Origin: a virus
DNA length: 64,000 nt
Direction: 5' to 3' (one strand)
IMG/VR virus record: IMGVR_UViG_3300000976_000011
Location: 32,001-96,000 of that record
The translations under genes and the position numbers were made by a program. Within the stretch, counting starts at the first letter, position 1, and every line of letters begins with the position of its first letter. The notes beneath the pieces are model-generated. The model searched no databases, was not told the DNA's origin, and was given only the letters and a program-made list of their open reading frames with translations. This document shows, in pieces, positions 52,415 to 63,193 of this stretch.

Positions 52415-53341
52415 ATTCAATTTTTAGATTACAGAGGCTATATCATGGCCCAAATATTTGGCTATTCAAAATTTATACAAGATGGTGTTTTTGATGATGA
52501 TTTCTTCATTGAAAGATTTTTAGTTAATGTTGGAAAACTTTCTAGAAAATACAGAAAATATGGAAAATTAGTTATCGCGGCTGACTCAAATAAGAGAAAA
52601 TATTGGCGCACTTTAGAATTTGAACATTATAAAGCTGGAAGATATAAGGATGATAGTGCTAAATTATCTCCTAAAGATTTAGAAACTAGACAAAAGTTAA
52701 GAGAGATACCTAATAAATTAGAAAAGGTTCTTAAAGATAATTTTCCATTTTATTTTATTAGATCTATAAATGCCGAAGCTGATGATGTAATTGCTACAAT
52801 AATCGCTCACAAATTCGATGAGAAACATTTAATATTATCTGCTGATGGTGACTTTGTACAACTTCAAAGATATAATGTTGATCAGTGGGATACAACTAGA
52901 AATAGATGGTTGAAATCACAAACACCTGAATTAGATTTAACAGAGAAAATATTTAGAGGAGATACTGGAGACGGTATACCAAACATTCTATCAGATGATG
53001 ACACTTTAGTTATTGAAGCAAAACGCCAAGGTAGAATGACTCAGAAAAAATTAAAGTATCTATTTAACTTAGACTTTGATAAAATGAAATCAGATATCGA
53101 ATACTATATGTCACTATCTGAAAACAAGGAGAAATCAATGGAAGATTTCGACAATGGAAAACTTGTAAAGCGATATTTCCAAAATAAAAAGCTTATTGAT
53201 TTATCAGAAACTCCTTTAGAAGTAAAGGAAGATATTTTAAATCAATATCGAGAATATGGAGAATTACCAAACCGAGTTATGAAATATTGTATGAAAAACA
53301 AATATGCTCATATATTCGAACACCTTAACCTTTTTAATTAA
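52415..53341 (+). CDS. rnh: RNase H / 5'-3' flap exonuclease; start extended to ATT at 52415
   Basis: FLD N-terminal motif, YWR...YKAGR, AEADDVIA, SADGDFVQLQ, GDTGDGIPN. Confidence 0.92.
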   Translation: MQFLDYRGYIMAQIFGYSKFIQDGVFDDDFFIERFLVNVGKLSRKYRKYGKLVIAADSNKRKYWRTLEFEHYKAGRYKDDSAKLSPKDLETRQKLREIPNKLEKVLKDNFPFYFIRSINAEADDVIATIIAHKFDEKHLILSADGDFVQLQRYNVDQWDTTRNRWLKSQTPELDLTEKIFRGDTGDGIPNILSDDDTLVIEAKRQGRMTQKKLKYLFNLDFDKMKSDIEYYMSLSENKEKSMEDFDNGKLVKRYFQNKKLIDLSETPLEVKEDILNQYREYGELPNRVMKYCMKNKYAHIFEHLNLFN

Positions 53342-53637
53342 GAAAAAAATATGACTGATAGAACACCTGAAGAATTGAATAAAGTACTTAAAGAGCGCTG
53401 CAGAGAATTAGAAAATCATCTACAAAATACTCGAACAGAGTTAGAGAATCTAAGAAATGCAAAAGCTCGAACAGGTTTTGATTTTACTCCAATCGTTAAT
53501 CCAGAAAATGGCCAAGTAGAATTTTATAGCGTTGTTTATATTATCTCAGACAATAATGTAATTCCTTTGATTCGTCATGGCGTAAAAGATGAAAATAATG
53601 TGATTGTTTGGACTGAAATGCAAGATAAATTTGAATA

Positions 53638-54057
53638 ATGAATCCAGTAGATGAACTAAATTCTGATCTTAGTTTTAATGAACATAATTTATCTGAAAAG
53701 ATAATTGAAGTTCCTGTTATAGTAACTAAATGGGCTGATAGACTTATTAAAGCTAAAAGAAAATTAGTAACATTAGAGTCTGAAAAATCTAAATTAGTTA
53801 AAGGTAGAACCAATTATTATTCTGGTAGAAAGAAAAATCCTGCTACTGATAAATTTGTTCCTGCGACTTTAAGTGCTCAAGAAATTAGAGATGTCTATAT
53901 ACCTGGTGATGAAACCATAATTGAAGCTAGTAAGAAAGTAGCAGCTCAAAAAAGTCAAGTATTATTTTTTGAGCACGCTATGAAGCAAGCCAATCAATTA
54001 CAGTGGACAATTAAAAATTATATTGAGTGGCAAAAATACACTCAAGGAGCTATGTAA
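53638..54057 (+). CDS. uvsY: recombination mediator UvsY
   Basis: YYSG, YI.GD, W.IKN.IEW.K...G pattern. Confidence 0.8.
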   Translation: MNPVDELNSDLSFNEHNLSEKIIEVPVIVTKWADRLIKAKRKLVTLESEKSKLVKGRTNYYSGRKKNPATDKFVPATLSAQEIRDVYIPGDETIIEASKKVAAQKSQVLFFEHAMKQANQLQWTIKNYIEWQKYTQGAM

Positions 54058-54311
54058 TGAATATATCTAAAGAATTAAAAGATTTAATAATGGAAAAATC
54101 AATAGAAATTTCTCGCGAATTATATGAAGAGGAAACAGATCGAGGAATTGTAGGCGCTGAGACTACTATTGATTTAATTTATGAAAAGGAAATTTATAAA
54201 TTAACAATTTCGGCCTTCTGGGAAAAATGTAATTATTTTGATTATCATATAACAGATGGAAAAACCTCAAGAAGTCAGGTGGTTGCTGGCTATTTCTAAA
54301 TAAATAATATT

Positions 54312-55625
54312 ATGAAAAAATATACATACGTATCAGAAATTATTGAAGATGTGAAAAATGAATCTTCGACTAATAAAAAAATAGAAATTCTTAAATCGCA
54401 AGCAGATAATAAGGAATTAAAATATGCTTTATATTTAGCTTACAATGATTATATTCAATTCTATATAAGAAAAATACCTGGATACATTCAAAATGAATCA
54501 TTCAATAATATTTCTTTATACAACGCACTAAGCGATATAGAAAATATTTTGGCTACTAGAAAGAAAACTGGTAATGTTGGCAAAATGTTTCTAACATTTC
54601 TTTTAGAAAGTGTTGTTGCTGAAGACGCGCCTATTATAGAAAAAGTAATAGCTAGAAATTTTGATTGTGGTATTTCTATTAAAACCATAAATAAAGTTTG
54701 GCCTGATCTTATTCCAACGTTTGATGTAATGCTTTGTTCAGACTTTGAAAGAGATAGAGTAGAATATCCTTGTATGGTTCAAGAAAAGCTTGATGGAATG
54801 AGAGCTCTCCTTTTTTCAGAAGATGGCGAAAAGTATACAATTAGATCTCGTAAAGGTTTAGTTATAGACGACTTAGATAATTTTCAAGAAGTTAGATCTG
54901 CTATGGCGACTGGTTGGGTGTTAGACGGAGAATTAGTTGTTTATGATACCAACGGAAAAATCATGTCTCGCAAAAAAGGCAATGGTATTTGTAATAAAGC
55001 TATTAAAGGAACTATTTCTGAAGATGAAGCTTCTCGTATCGCCTTTTTTGCATTTGACGTAGTTCCAATTGATACCTTTAAAGGTAAAACCGAGTTTCTT
55101 GGCACTCAAGAAAGGTTTGAAATGTTGACCAACCTAGTCAATTCTGTTAACAGTCCTAAACTACTTATAGCCTCAAATGAAATCGTTTCAAATGAAAGAC
55201 AGATACTAAAAATGTTCACTGAATTTACTGAACAAGGAATGGAAGGAGTCGTCGTTAAAAATTCAAATCAGCCATTTGAAGCTAAAAGATCTAAAGGTTG
55301 GATGAAGATGAAAATGGAAAATGAAATGGAGCTTGCGATCGATGAGGTCGTAGAAGGCTTGGGAAAGCATCGAGGTCGTCTAGGTACTTTGAAATGCAGA
55401 GATGCAAGTGGAAGACTTACTGTAGGTATTGGAGGTGGCTATTCCGACGATCAAAGAGAAGAATTTTGGGCTATGAAAGATGAATTAATTGGACAAATTA
55501 TCACAGTTAGATATAATGAATTAATTAGTGATGATTATGGAGATATTTCGCTATTTTTGCCTAGATTTATAGAACATCGTTTAGATAAAACTGAAGCTGA
55601 TGATGTTTTCAATTTAATAAGTTAG
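54312..55625 (+). CDS. 30: ATP-dependent DNA ligase gp30
   Basis: EKLDGMR, LDGEL, EGVVVK, KRSKGWMK, SLFLPRF. Confidence 0.95.
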   Translation: MKKYTYVSEIIEDVKNESSTNKKIEILKSQADNKELKYALYLAYNDYIQFYIRKIPGYIQNESFNNISLYNALSDIENILATRKKTGNVGKMFLTFLLESVVAEDAPIIEKVIARNFDCGISIKTINKVWPDLIPTFDVMLCSDFERDRVEYPCMVQEKLDGMRALLFSEDGEKYTIRSRKGLVIDDLDNFQEVRSAMATGWVLDGELVVYDTNGKIMSRKKGNGICNKAIKGTISEDEASRIAFFAFDVVPIDTFKGKTEFLGTQERFEMLTNLVNSVNSPKLLIASNEIVSNERQILKMFTEFTEQGMEGVVVKNSNQPFEAKRSKGWMKMKMENEMELAIDEVVEGLGKHRGRLGTLKCRDASGRLTVGIGGGYSDDQREEFWAMKDELIGQIITVRYNELISDDYGDISLFLPRFIEHRLDKTEADDVFNLIS

Positions 55626-56371
55626 AGGAAAATAATGGATCTTAAAAGTATTAATAAATTAGTTTGGAATTGGATAAAAGAATTTAATATAGGATTAGAT
55701 TTACCTTCTCATAATGCGTTAATTTTTGGAGCAGGTGTAATTGTTGGCTTATTTGCCAAACAATTTGCTATCTTAGCAGCTATATTATATTTAGCATATT
55801 GCTTCTATAATCAAAGAAAGTCAAATTAATAATGTACATAAATGCCTATTTGGTATATAATTATATAAAATCAAATAGGTATTAAATTATGAAGAAAATT
55901 TCATTAATCGTTGTCATTTGTATTATTTTAAACGGATGTGCGGTGCAAACATATAATGGTTCAAGAACTATAGGTGATGTTACTGCTTATTGTGGTCCAG
56001 AGAATTGCAGTTTTTATCATAAGAAATTTGGTTCTATTTTAACTAAACGAACAAAGATTGATAAAAAGTAGTTTACATTTTGTCTCAATAGTATATAATA
56101 GATTCATCAGTTAAACAAATAAAAACATTTATATTATGAAATACGAAATTACATTTAAAAATAAATATGACGGATTATTAGAAAATATTATCGTTCGCGA
56201 TTATAATATGCCTACTAAAGTTTCAGATTTAAGTAATGGACCTTATATTATTATCAAAGTGGAAATTCATCTTCCTGAAGACGACTAAACAAAAGAAAAC
56301 TGATAGGCCAGGCGACTCATCTGGATTCCTATTACCATTTAACTGGAGTCGCCTGGCCGCCTTAGGGTAAT

Positions 56372-56947
56372 ATGACTAAAATTTGTAGCATGACAGATAT
56401 AGAAGCTGTGGGCACCACTGGAGACACTGGTATCCTTTCAGTGTCTACCGTTATCTTTGACTTTGAAGATCCTCAAAAGAATTACATAGATGAATTTACA
56501 ACTTACTTAGATGTTAAAGATCAAATTGAAAGATTAGGTCGAACGTTTAGCAAAGATACTATGGACTGGTGGAAAAAACAAGACCCTGCAGTTTTTAAGT
56601 CTCAATTTGCTGGTAAAACTAAGATTGAAGATGGTCTTACTAGCTTATTAAGCTTCTTTGATAATCATGAATGTGATTGGCATTTTGCTAAAGGTGTGCA
56701 TTTTGATATGGCTATTTTAAAAGATGCTTGTCATTCACTAAATCTTAATGATCATCCATTTATTAAAGAGTTTTGGAAGTGGCAATGTTGTGCTACTATC
56801 GGCAGACAATATGAATATGAATTAGGTGAGAAATGGTTAGTTAATAATATGACTCGTAAATATAATAAAGAATTTGGTGCATCACATGATCCGTTAGTTG
56901 ATTGTAAAATTCAAATTGAAATCTTAAAAGACTTTACGGTACGATAA
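56372..56947 (+). CDS. dexA: DEDDh 3'-5' exonuclease (DexA-like)
   Basis: DIEAVG, T.DWW..Q, G.HFDMAIL, HDPLVDC. Confidence 0.8.
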   Translation: MTKICSMTDIEAVGTTGDTGILSVSTVIFDFEDPQKNYIDEFTTYLDVKDQIERLGRTFSKDTMDWWKKQDPAVFKSQFAGKTKIEDGLTSLLSFFDNHECDWHFAKGVHFDMAILKDACHSLNLNDHPFIKEFWKWQCCATIGRQYEYELGEKWLVNNMTRKYNKEFGASHDPLVDCKIQIEILKDFTVR

Positions 56948-57277
56948 TATGCCTTGTACAATATATGAAGATAGAGCAAAAACAATTGTTGAACCTAGTA
57001 GAAACTCATTAGATAAAATTAAAGTTAAAAATTTAGAAGCGTGTTTGTGCGCCGTTTTAAGAGAACTAAATAGAAGAAATCTATTAACAGATATTTTAGA
57101 ATCTTCTTCTATTAAGGGTAAAGTTGATGTGCAATCATGGTGGGAAGAGCACAGAAAAGCTGATATCAATAGAATCTCAAAAGTTATTGCTGATTTCTCT
57201 GAAGATGATAAAGAACTCACTCACATTACTGACGAAGAAGTAATAAAGCATCTTAATACTACTTCTAGATACACATA

Positions 57278-57529
57278 ATGGATCGTAGAGGATTTTTAAA
57301 GAATATTATGATTGCGGGAGTTGCTCCCGCTTTCATAAAAAGCGAATCTTTAATGGGTTTATATGTACCTGAACCAGAGATTATATTTTTAAATGCAAAA
57401 CACGGAACAGAGCTTATATTTTTAAATGCAAATAGAGGAACAGAAATAATAGTGCATAAAGCTCGAATGGATTATGATACAGGCATTATTCGGTGTCCAT
57501 ATATTCCACAAACGAAATTAATAACTTAA
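57278..57529 (+). CDS. Tat-signal small protein with capsid-like C-terminal motif
   Basis: MDRRGFLK twin-arginine motif; YDTGIIRCPYIP. Confidence 0.6.
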   Translation: MDRRGFLKNIMIAGVAPAFIKSESLMGLYVPEPEIIFLNAKHGTELIFLNANRGTEIIVHKARMDYDTGIIRCPYIPQTKLIT

Positions 57530-57941
57530 CAGGAGTAAAATATGTTTGAATCAATTGGTAATTTTTTAGATAATGTATGGGGTGGATTATTTTCATTTAA
57601 TCCTTTAGATCCTTGGGCCGCAGGCTTTTATTTTTTACCATTAGTTATTTGTGCTATCTCGTATATTTTTGAAACAATATCAGATTTAGCAATAGATGCT
57701 CGTCATTTAAAAGAATATAATAATGGTGATCATAGTTATTATGATCCGAAAACTACAGTTGGATTAATTCTAGGTAGAGCCTTTTTAACTGTACTACCAG
57801 CTGTTAATATATTTGTAGCTATCTTTTCTAGACTTGGACAAATTTTAGATTGGCTAGGAAAAACATTTAATATAGCTATTATAGGAAAGAAGCAATCCAG
57901 ATCATTTGAAGAAACTCAAAAAGTAAAAGCAGCAAAAAGAA

Positions 57942-58186
57942 ATGCATCGTAGAGGATTTTTAAAGAATATTATGAAAGCGAATCTTTAATGGGTTTATTT
58001 GTACCTGAATCTAAAATACAATCCTTATATAAACCCATATTAATATCTATGCCAAGAAAAATATATCCTCTTTCAATTATTGAAGATGTAAATGAAGTTA
58101 AACCTGTCATAAACGACAAAGAAAAACTTAAAGAAATGAATGAAAATATAAACGATAATTTAGGTATAATTATTGAATTTGTATAA
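57942..58186 (+). pseudogene. paralogous Tat-signal gene with 28-nt deletion; downstream part 57989-58186 open
   Basis: Near-identical 5' DNA to 57278, lacking 57311-57338 equivalent. Confidence 0.65.
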
Positions 58187-58218
58187 GTAAATAAATATCT
58201 CTATATGAGGTATTTTAA

Positions 58219-58794
58219 ATGAAACGGATAGCAATTAGTATAGGACATTATCCAGAGAAATCTGGTGCAAGATTTGAGGATCTTATTGAACATGAAATAG
58301 CTGGCGAATGGGTCGACAAGATTTTAGACACTTTCGACGATATATATGACTTCGATTGTGAAGAACCAATATTTGAATTTATTCCTGTTCCAGTAGGCAC
58401 CCTTAGAGAAAAAGTAAAGTGGATTAATAGTCATGATTTTGATTATGCTATTGAAATGCATTTTAATTCAGTTGGTGGTGCTATAGTATCAGGAGCAGAA
58501 ACCCTTTATATGCCTGGTAGCTATAGAGGTAGACAATTTGCATCTATAGTTCAAGATTACACAATAGTTCCTTTAAATATTAGAGATCGCGGTATTAAAG
58601 AAGGACTTTACTGGTCTTCTAGAGAAAGAACAAATACTCCTTTATATTTTTTAAGAAGAACAAATTGTCCTGCTATTATTATGGAACCAGAGTTTCTTCA
58701 ATCATATAAAAGGACTATAAATAATCGTAAGATAGTAGATTTTTGCTACGCTTTAATCGATGCTCTAGAAACAGTTGTTCTAGATGAAATTTAA
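58219..58794 (+). CDS. N-acetylmuramoyl-L-alanine amidase (Amidase_3), probable endolysin
   Basis: ISIGH, E, IEMHFNS, GAETLY, FLRRT.CPAIIMEP; late-type AATAAATA upstream. Confidence 0.88.
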   Translation: MKRIAISIGHYPEKSGARFEDLIEHEIAGEWVDKILDTFDDIYDFDCEEPIFEFIPVPVGTLREKVKWINSHDFDYAIEMHFNSVGGAIVSGAETLYMPGSYRGRQFASIVQDYTIVPLNIRDRGIKEGLYWSSRERTNTPLYFLRRTNCPAIIMEPEFLQSYKRTINNRKIVDFCYALIDALETVVLDEI

Positions 58795-58813
58795 CAAAAA
58801 GAGAAAATATAAA

Positions 58814-59368
58814 ATGAGTTTAACTAAAATAAAAGGCGTCGGCGAAAAAGTAGCTAAGTCTATTACAGAATTAACAGGTATTAGTACGCTTGAAGATTTT
58901 GCAGTGATTGATCAAGACACTATTCAAAAAATTGCTGATGAGGTTCCTGGTGGTCCAGCTAAAGTAGCTGGTTGGGTTGAGCAAGCTAAAGGATTAGTTG
59001 ATGTTGTGGTTGAGGAAGAAATTGTTGATCCTGAAGCTGAAATTCAGGAAGATGAAGAAGAAACAACCGTTGAAGATGTTGTTGAAGATTCTGAGGAAGT
59101 TGAGGAAACTATTGAAGAAAATCCTGCAGATATTGTTGTTTCTGATGTTGTCGATGATAATATTTCTGATGATGCTGTTGAAAAGTTAGATGTTTTAGAT
59201 TGGTTTGAATTGAAAGGAATGAATATGCTAGAGCTTGGTTACGCTCGATCGAGCATTTTAATCGCTGCAGCTTCATATTATGGATTAGAGAAGCGTGATG
59301 TATTAAAGAATATTAATTTAAGTATTAGCACCAAAGATAATCTATTAAAGGCTATTAAAGGCGTTTAA
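58814..59368 (+). CDS. HhH-domain protein with long acidic linker
   Basis: LTKIKGVGEKVAK helix-hairpin-helix; E/D/V-rich middle. Confidence 0.55.
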   Translation: MSLTKIKGVGEKVAKSITELTGISTLEDFAVIDQDTIQKIADEVPGGPAKVAGWVEQAKGLVDVVVEEEIVDPEAEIQEDEEETTVEDVVEDSEEVEETIEENPADIVVSDVVDDNISDDAVEKLDVLDWFELKGMNMLELGYARSSILIAAASYYGLEKRDVLKNINLSISTKDNLLKAIKGV

Positions 59369-60037
59369 TATGATTATAAGAGAAGAATGGTACTAATTAA
59401 AAGGAGCTTATTGCTCCTTTTAATTTTACTATTATTAACAAGTGTTATATAATGTTTAAAATTAAAAATATATTAATAATGGAGTTTTATCATGCATCAA
59501 GAATTTCAATTTCAGAATTACATCATACGCCATACTGAAAATAAAAGTATCGCTTTCCACAAAACTTTTAAAGATAGATTTCAAAAATTTGTTGGATTGG
59601 ATGCAGTATCTCAAGCCAAAGATTGGGTAAGAAATTTCTGTGAAAAATCAAGAACTTCTTGGAAAAATGTAAATCAATGTTGTATAAGTTTTAATTCTAC
59701 ATTCATTTATGATATAATGGGCGAAGAAGATTTCTTTTCATTTGATATGATTAAAGAAGCCGATGACATATTTTTTAAAGTTTATTGTGATTATAACAAA
59801 GGTCAATTTAAAACATATGGAAAATCTACTAGAAAGAAGCCTTGTGTTGGAGCCGAATGGCATGGTTCACCGAATTTAATTGAACAGAATAGATTTTTGC
59901 CAAATGCTAGATACTCTTTAGAAGAAATTGAAAATAATACTTTTAAATTAATATTTGATAGTATCATTGAAGATAAGTCCCAGAGATACTCTTTAGGTAT
60001 TCCTGGAATAATGTTTTATAGTATGAGGAAATAAATT

Positions 60038-60298
60038 ATGAGAAATTCTGGCTTTACTTTGATAGATCTAATGATTGTTATATCCATTATTGGAATTTTA
60101 GCTGCGGTTGATTTATACTTTCTTTATCAAGATTGGAAAAATCAAAAATTAAGCGGAGAAAATAGCCCAAATATAATTAAAATGGATAGTATATCTGACA
60201 TTACAAAAGAAGAAAGATTTGCTCAATTATTAGTTGAAAAGCATAGAATTGAAAAGGAAATAGAGAGGTTAAGTAAATTAGAGAAGCTTGTAAAGTAG
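60038..60298 (+). CDS. type IV pilin-like N-terminal methylation-motif protein
   Basis: MRNSG/FTLIDLMIVISIIGILAAV. Confidence 0.75.
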   Translation: MRNSGFTLIDLMIVISIIGILAAVDLYFLYQDWKNQKLSGENSPNIIKMDSISDITKEERFAQLLVEKHRIEKEIERLSKLEKLVK

Positions 60299-60468
60299 GA
60301 ACATGCATTTTATCTCTTGAAGATAATAATGTAACACCTCTTATTCAAGTCAAGCAATAATATTTTACTTTTATTATTTATTAGTATATAATTAAATTCC
60401 TTATATAGATGATTTAATATTAATTTAATTGAGGAACATATTATGAATTAGTTAATAGAAATATTAAC

Positions 60469-60499
60469 AAAAATGGGAACCTAATGGTTCCCATTTTTT
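60469..60499. terminator. bidirectional intrinsic terminator
   Basis: AAAAATGGGAACC/GGTTCCCATTTTTT between convergent units. Confidence 0.75.
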
Positions 60500-60561
60500 A
60501 TTCTTCGATTTTAAATAAATTTTTAATTGTATTGAATAATTCCTTTAATCCAAATTTTCTT

Positions 60562-61002
60562 TTATCCAAAAATAAGATTATTGATATTACTCCTACACCT
60601 AGCAAGATAATTATTAATTCTTTTTCCATAACCTATCCCGGCTCCCCCAGCAAGTATAAGTTGTAACAATAAAAGATTAACGGAGATAATCCAAGAAATC
60701 TCTGCTTCCGCAATCTCGGCTATTTTAGGTAAATCAATAATCACTCGCAGACAATATAGATATGCTATTGCATGATTTATTTCATTACCTTTTAAATCTT
60801 TACATCCTATTAATGCTATAACAGCTCCAACTAAGAAAGAGAATGACGAGAAATCATTCAAATTAAAAGTTGGTAATAGAAGACCTAATGTATTTGTAGT
60901 AAAAAGAGCTATAGATACTTGTTTATTGTGTTTAAAGCATATAAAGGAAGTCAAATATACTATTAAAAATATTATGTTCTCCATCATAAAATTTGTTATC
61001 AT
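60562..61002 (-). CDS. multi-pass membrane protein in a small minus-strand membrane-protein operon
   Basis: Several hydrophobic segments; overlapping neighbours include unlisted single-TM ORFs. Confidence 0.55.
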   Translation of the reverse strand: MITNFMMENIIFLIVYLTSFICFKHNKQVSIALFTTNTLGLLLPTFNLNDFSSFSFLVGAVIALIGCKDLKGNEINHAIAYLYCLRVIIDLPKIAEIAEAEISWIISVNLLLLQLILAGGAGIGYGKRINNYLARCRSNINNLIFG

Positions 61003-62479
61003 CTTCTTGTACCACCGAATCTTCTGAAATCTTCAGTTGTTAATTTACGATAACCTAAATCTTGATAACCTTCTGATAATGCTTTATGTGCTATTTCTAC
61101 TCGTTCAACCGCAGCTAAAGCTTCATAAACGTAAGATCTAATTTCACCTAAATCTACATTCTGTACTACTTCATCATCTAAATCTTTGTTAGTATCTTTT
61201 AAAGCTTGTTCTAAACAATCTAAAGCCTGATTAGTATACTTTAAATATTTTACTCTGGCTTTTGAAAGCATATATCCAGTTAATATCTGACTATCTAATG
61301 GTTCTCTTTTATCAGTCATCTTCCTTTTCCTCAAGTTTTTCAACGTCCTTTTCTAACATCTCTAATCTATATAAGATTAGTTCAATTTTACCATCGTGTT
61401 TTATCAGCATAGCAGCTCCAGCCAACAATGCTGTAAATATAATTGTAATAAAAGCTGAGCCAATCTTATCCTTTAATCCATTCATATTGATTGACTTAAT
61501 GTTCTCTTTTTGATTGATTTTAAATATTTATTAAAAAATGATTCACTTTTCGCTATAAATTGATTATAATATTCATATTAGTTAAACAAAATAGGAAACT
61601 TATATTATGACTATCAATAAAAATACAGTAATTGAAAATCGAGACAAAATTAATGAGTATTTAAAAGCATTAGGTGATCTTTTAGATATGGATTTCCATG
61701 CTGGAAATTGTAGCTATGACGGCGATAAAGCTACTTATAAATTAGAAATGCGAGCCCGTCGAACTGATGGCAAATCAACTCAAGAAGTAGAATTTGAGAA
61801 AAATAAGTTGAGACATTTTGGCTTATTTAATGTTGAATTTGGTGATACTTTCAAAGATCGAAGAGGCGAAACTTTTTCTGTAGCTGGATGTGCAGCTAGA
61901 AGAAACAAATATTCTTTATATGGTAAATCTAATAATGGTAAAACTTATAAATTTGCTATTGAAGATGTAACATTTGACCGAGTTGGTTCTGATGCATATA
62001 TGGATGCAGATTTAGCTCAATAAAATAGGAAACTTATATTATGAAAGTAGCATATAATGGTTGTTATGGCGGATTTAGTCTTTCGCCTTTCGCGGAAACT
62101 ATTTACCAAGAACTTAAAGGTTTGACTTTAACTTGGTATGAGGGAATAGGTAGATATCCATACACTTCATATAAAAAGATAGACGATATTGAGTCTTATA
62201 AAAACTCTTCTATATTTGGTTTGTCTCCATCAAAGGTTGATTTAGGTGAAAATCCTAAAGAGATTCCAAATGAGCACTATTATTATAATGAGTGGGCAGA
62301 TGAAGATCGCTCAGATCCTGACTTAATAGCGGTGATTGAGAAGCTAGGTGAAAAGGCTAATGGTATGTGTGCAAATTTGTGTATTGAAGAGATTCCTGAT
62401 GGAGCAGAATATGAAATTGATGAGTATGACGGCTTCGAATCAGTAGTTCCGCCGCGCTGGCGGTGGTAAAATAATTGTT

Positions 62480-63100
62480 TTACTTAAATTTACAGTTAGA
62501 AAAATGATATCTTTTCATATTGCCAGTGCCGCCTTCTTTTCTACAATAAGGGCATTTAATTATTTCTTGAGGCCCTTTAGATTTTCCCTTACCACTTTTA
62601 GACATTTTCTTTCTGGTTTCCTTAGTGTGAGTTTTACCATAAAAAGGATTACCTGAACCCATTCTGTTTTTAGATTGATTTAATTTTCTTTCTTCGGAAT
62701 GTGGAATGTTTGATAAATGGTGCTCTCCTTTCTTTATTTTAAAGCTCGGATGATTCACGCCGCTTATAGACTTCACAAATTTTAATCTTGTTTCTTCATA
62801 TAAGTTAGATTTATATTTTTTATTAAAATTAGACATCATGTTCCAAGCTGCTAGCATCTTAAAAAGAGATTTACCTTTTGTAAACTTTGTTAACAAAATA
62901 TGTGCTATATAATGTTCCCTAGCTGAAAGTAGTACTAGGTTCTCAGGATCATCTGAACCGTCCATAGATCTAGGTATTATATGGTGTGATTCATAATAAA
63001 TTTCTGCAGTTTTAACTCGATTAAGCTTACTTCTAGATTCCATTAAGTTATAATACCATTTGGAATATTTGTTAATAATAAAATCTCTATGAATAAACAT
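62480..63100 (-). mobile_element. HNH homing endonuclease with NUMOD3 and C-terminal zinc motif
   Basis: ESHHIIPRSM..NLVLLSAREHYIAH; NPFYGKTH; CPYC...RYHFSNCK. Confidence 0.9.
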
Positions 63101-63125
63101 ATTTGCTCCTTATAAATAAAATTAT

Positions 63126-63181
63126 GAGGGACAGCAATGATGCTCCGTTGTTTCCTTAAGCTACAACTTAAGGATTACCTC
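63126..63181. ncRNA. HNH-associated structured repeat element, copy 3
   Basis: Flanked by convergent TATAAATA (63111-63118 plus, 63191-63198 minus). Confidence 0.72.
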
Positions 63182-63193
63182 AATTTTTAATAT

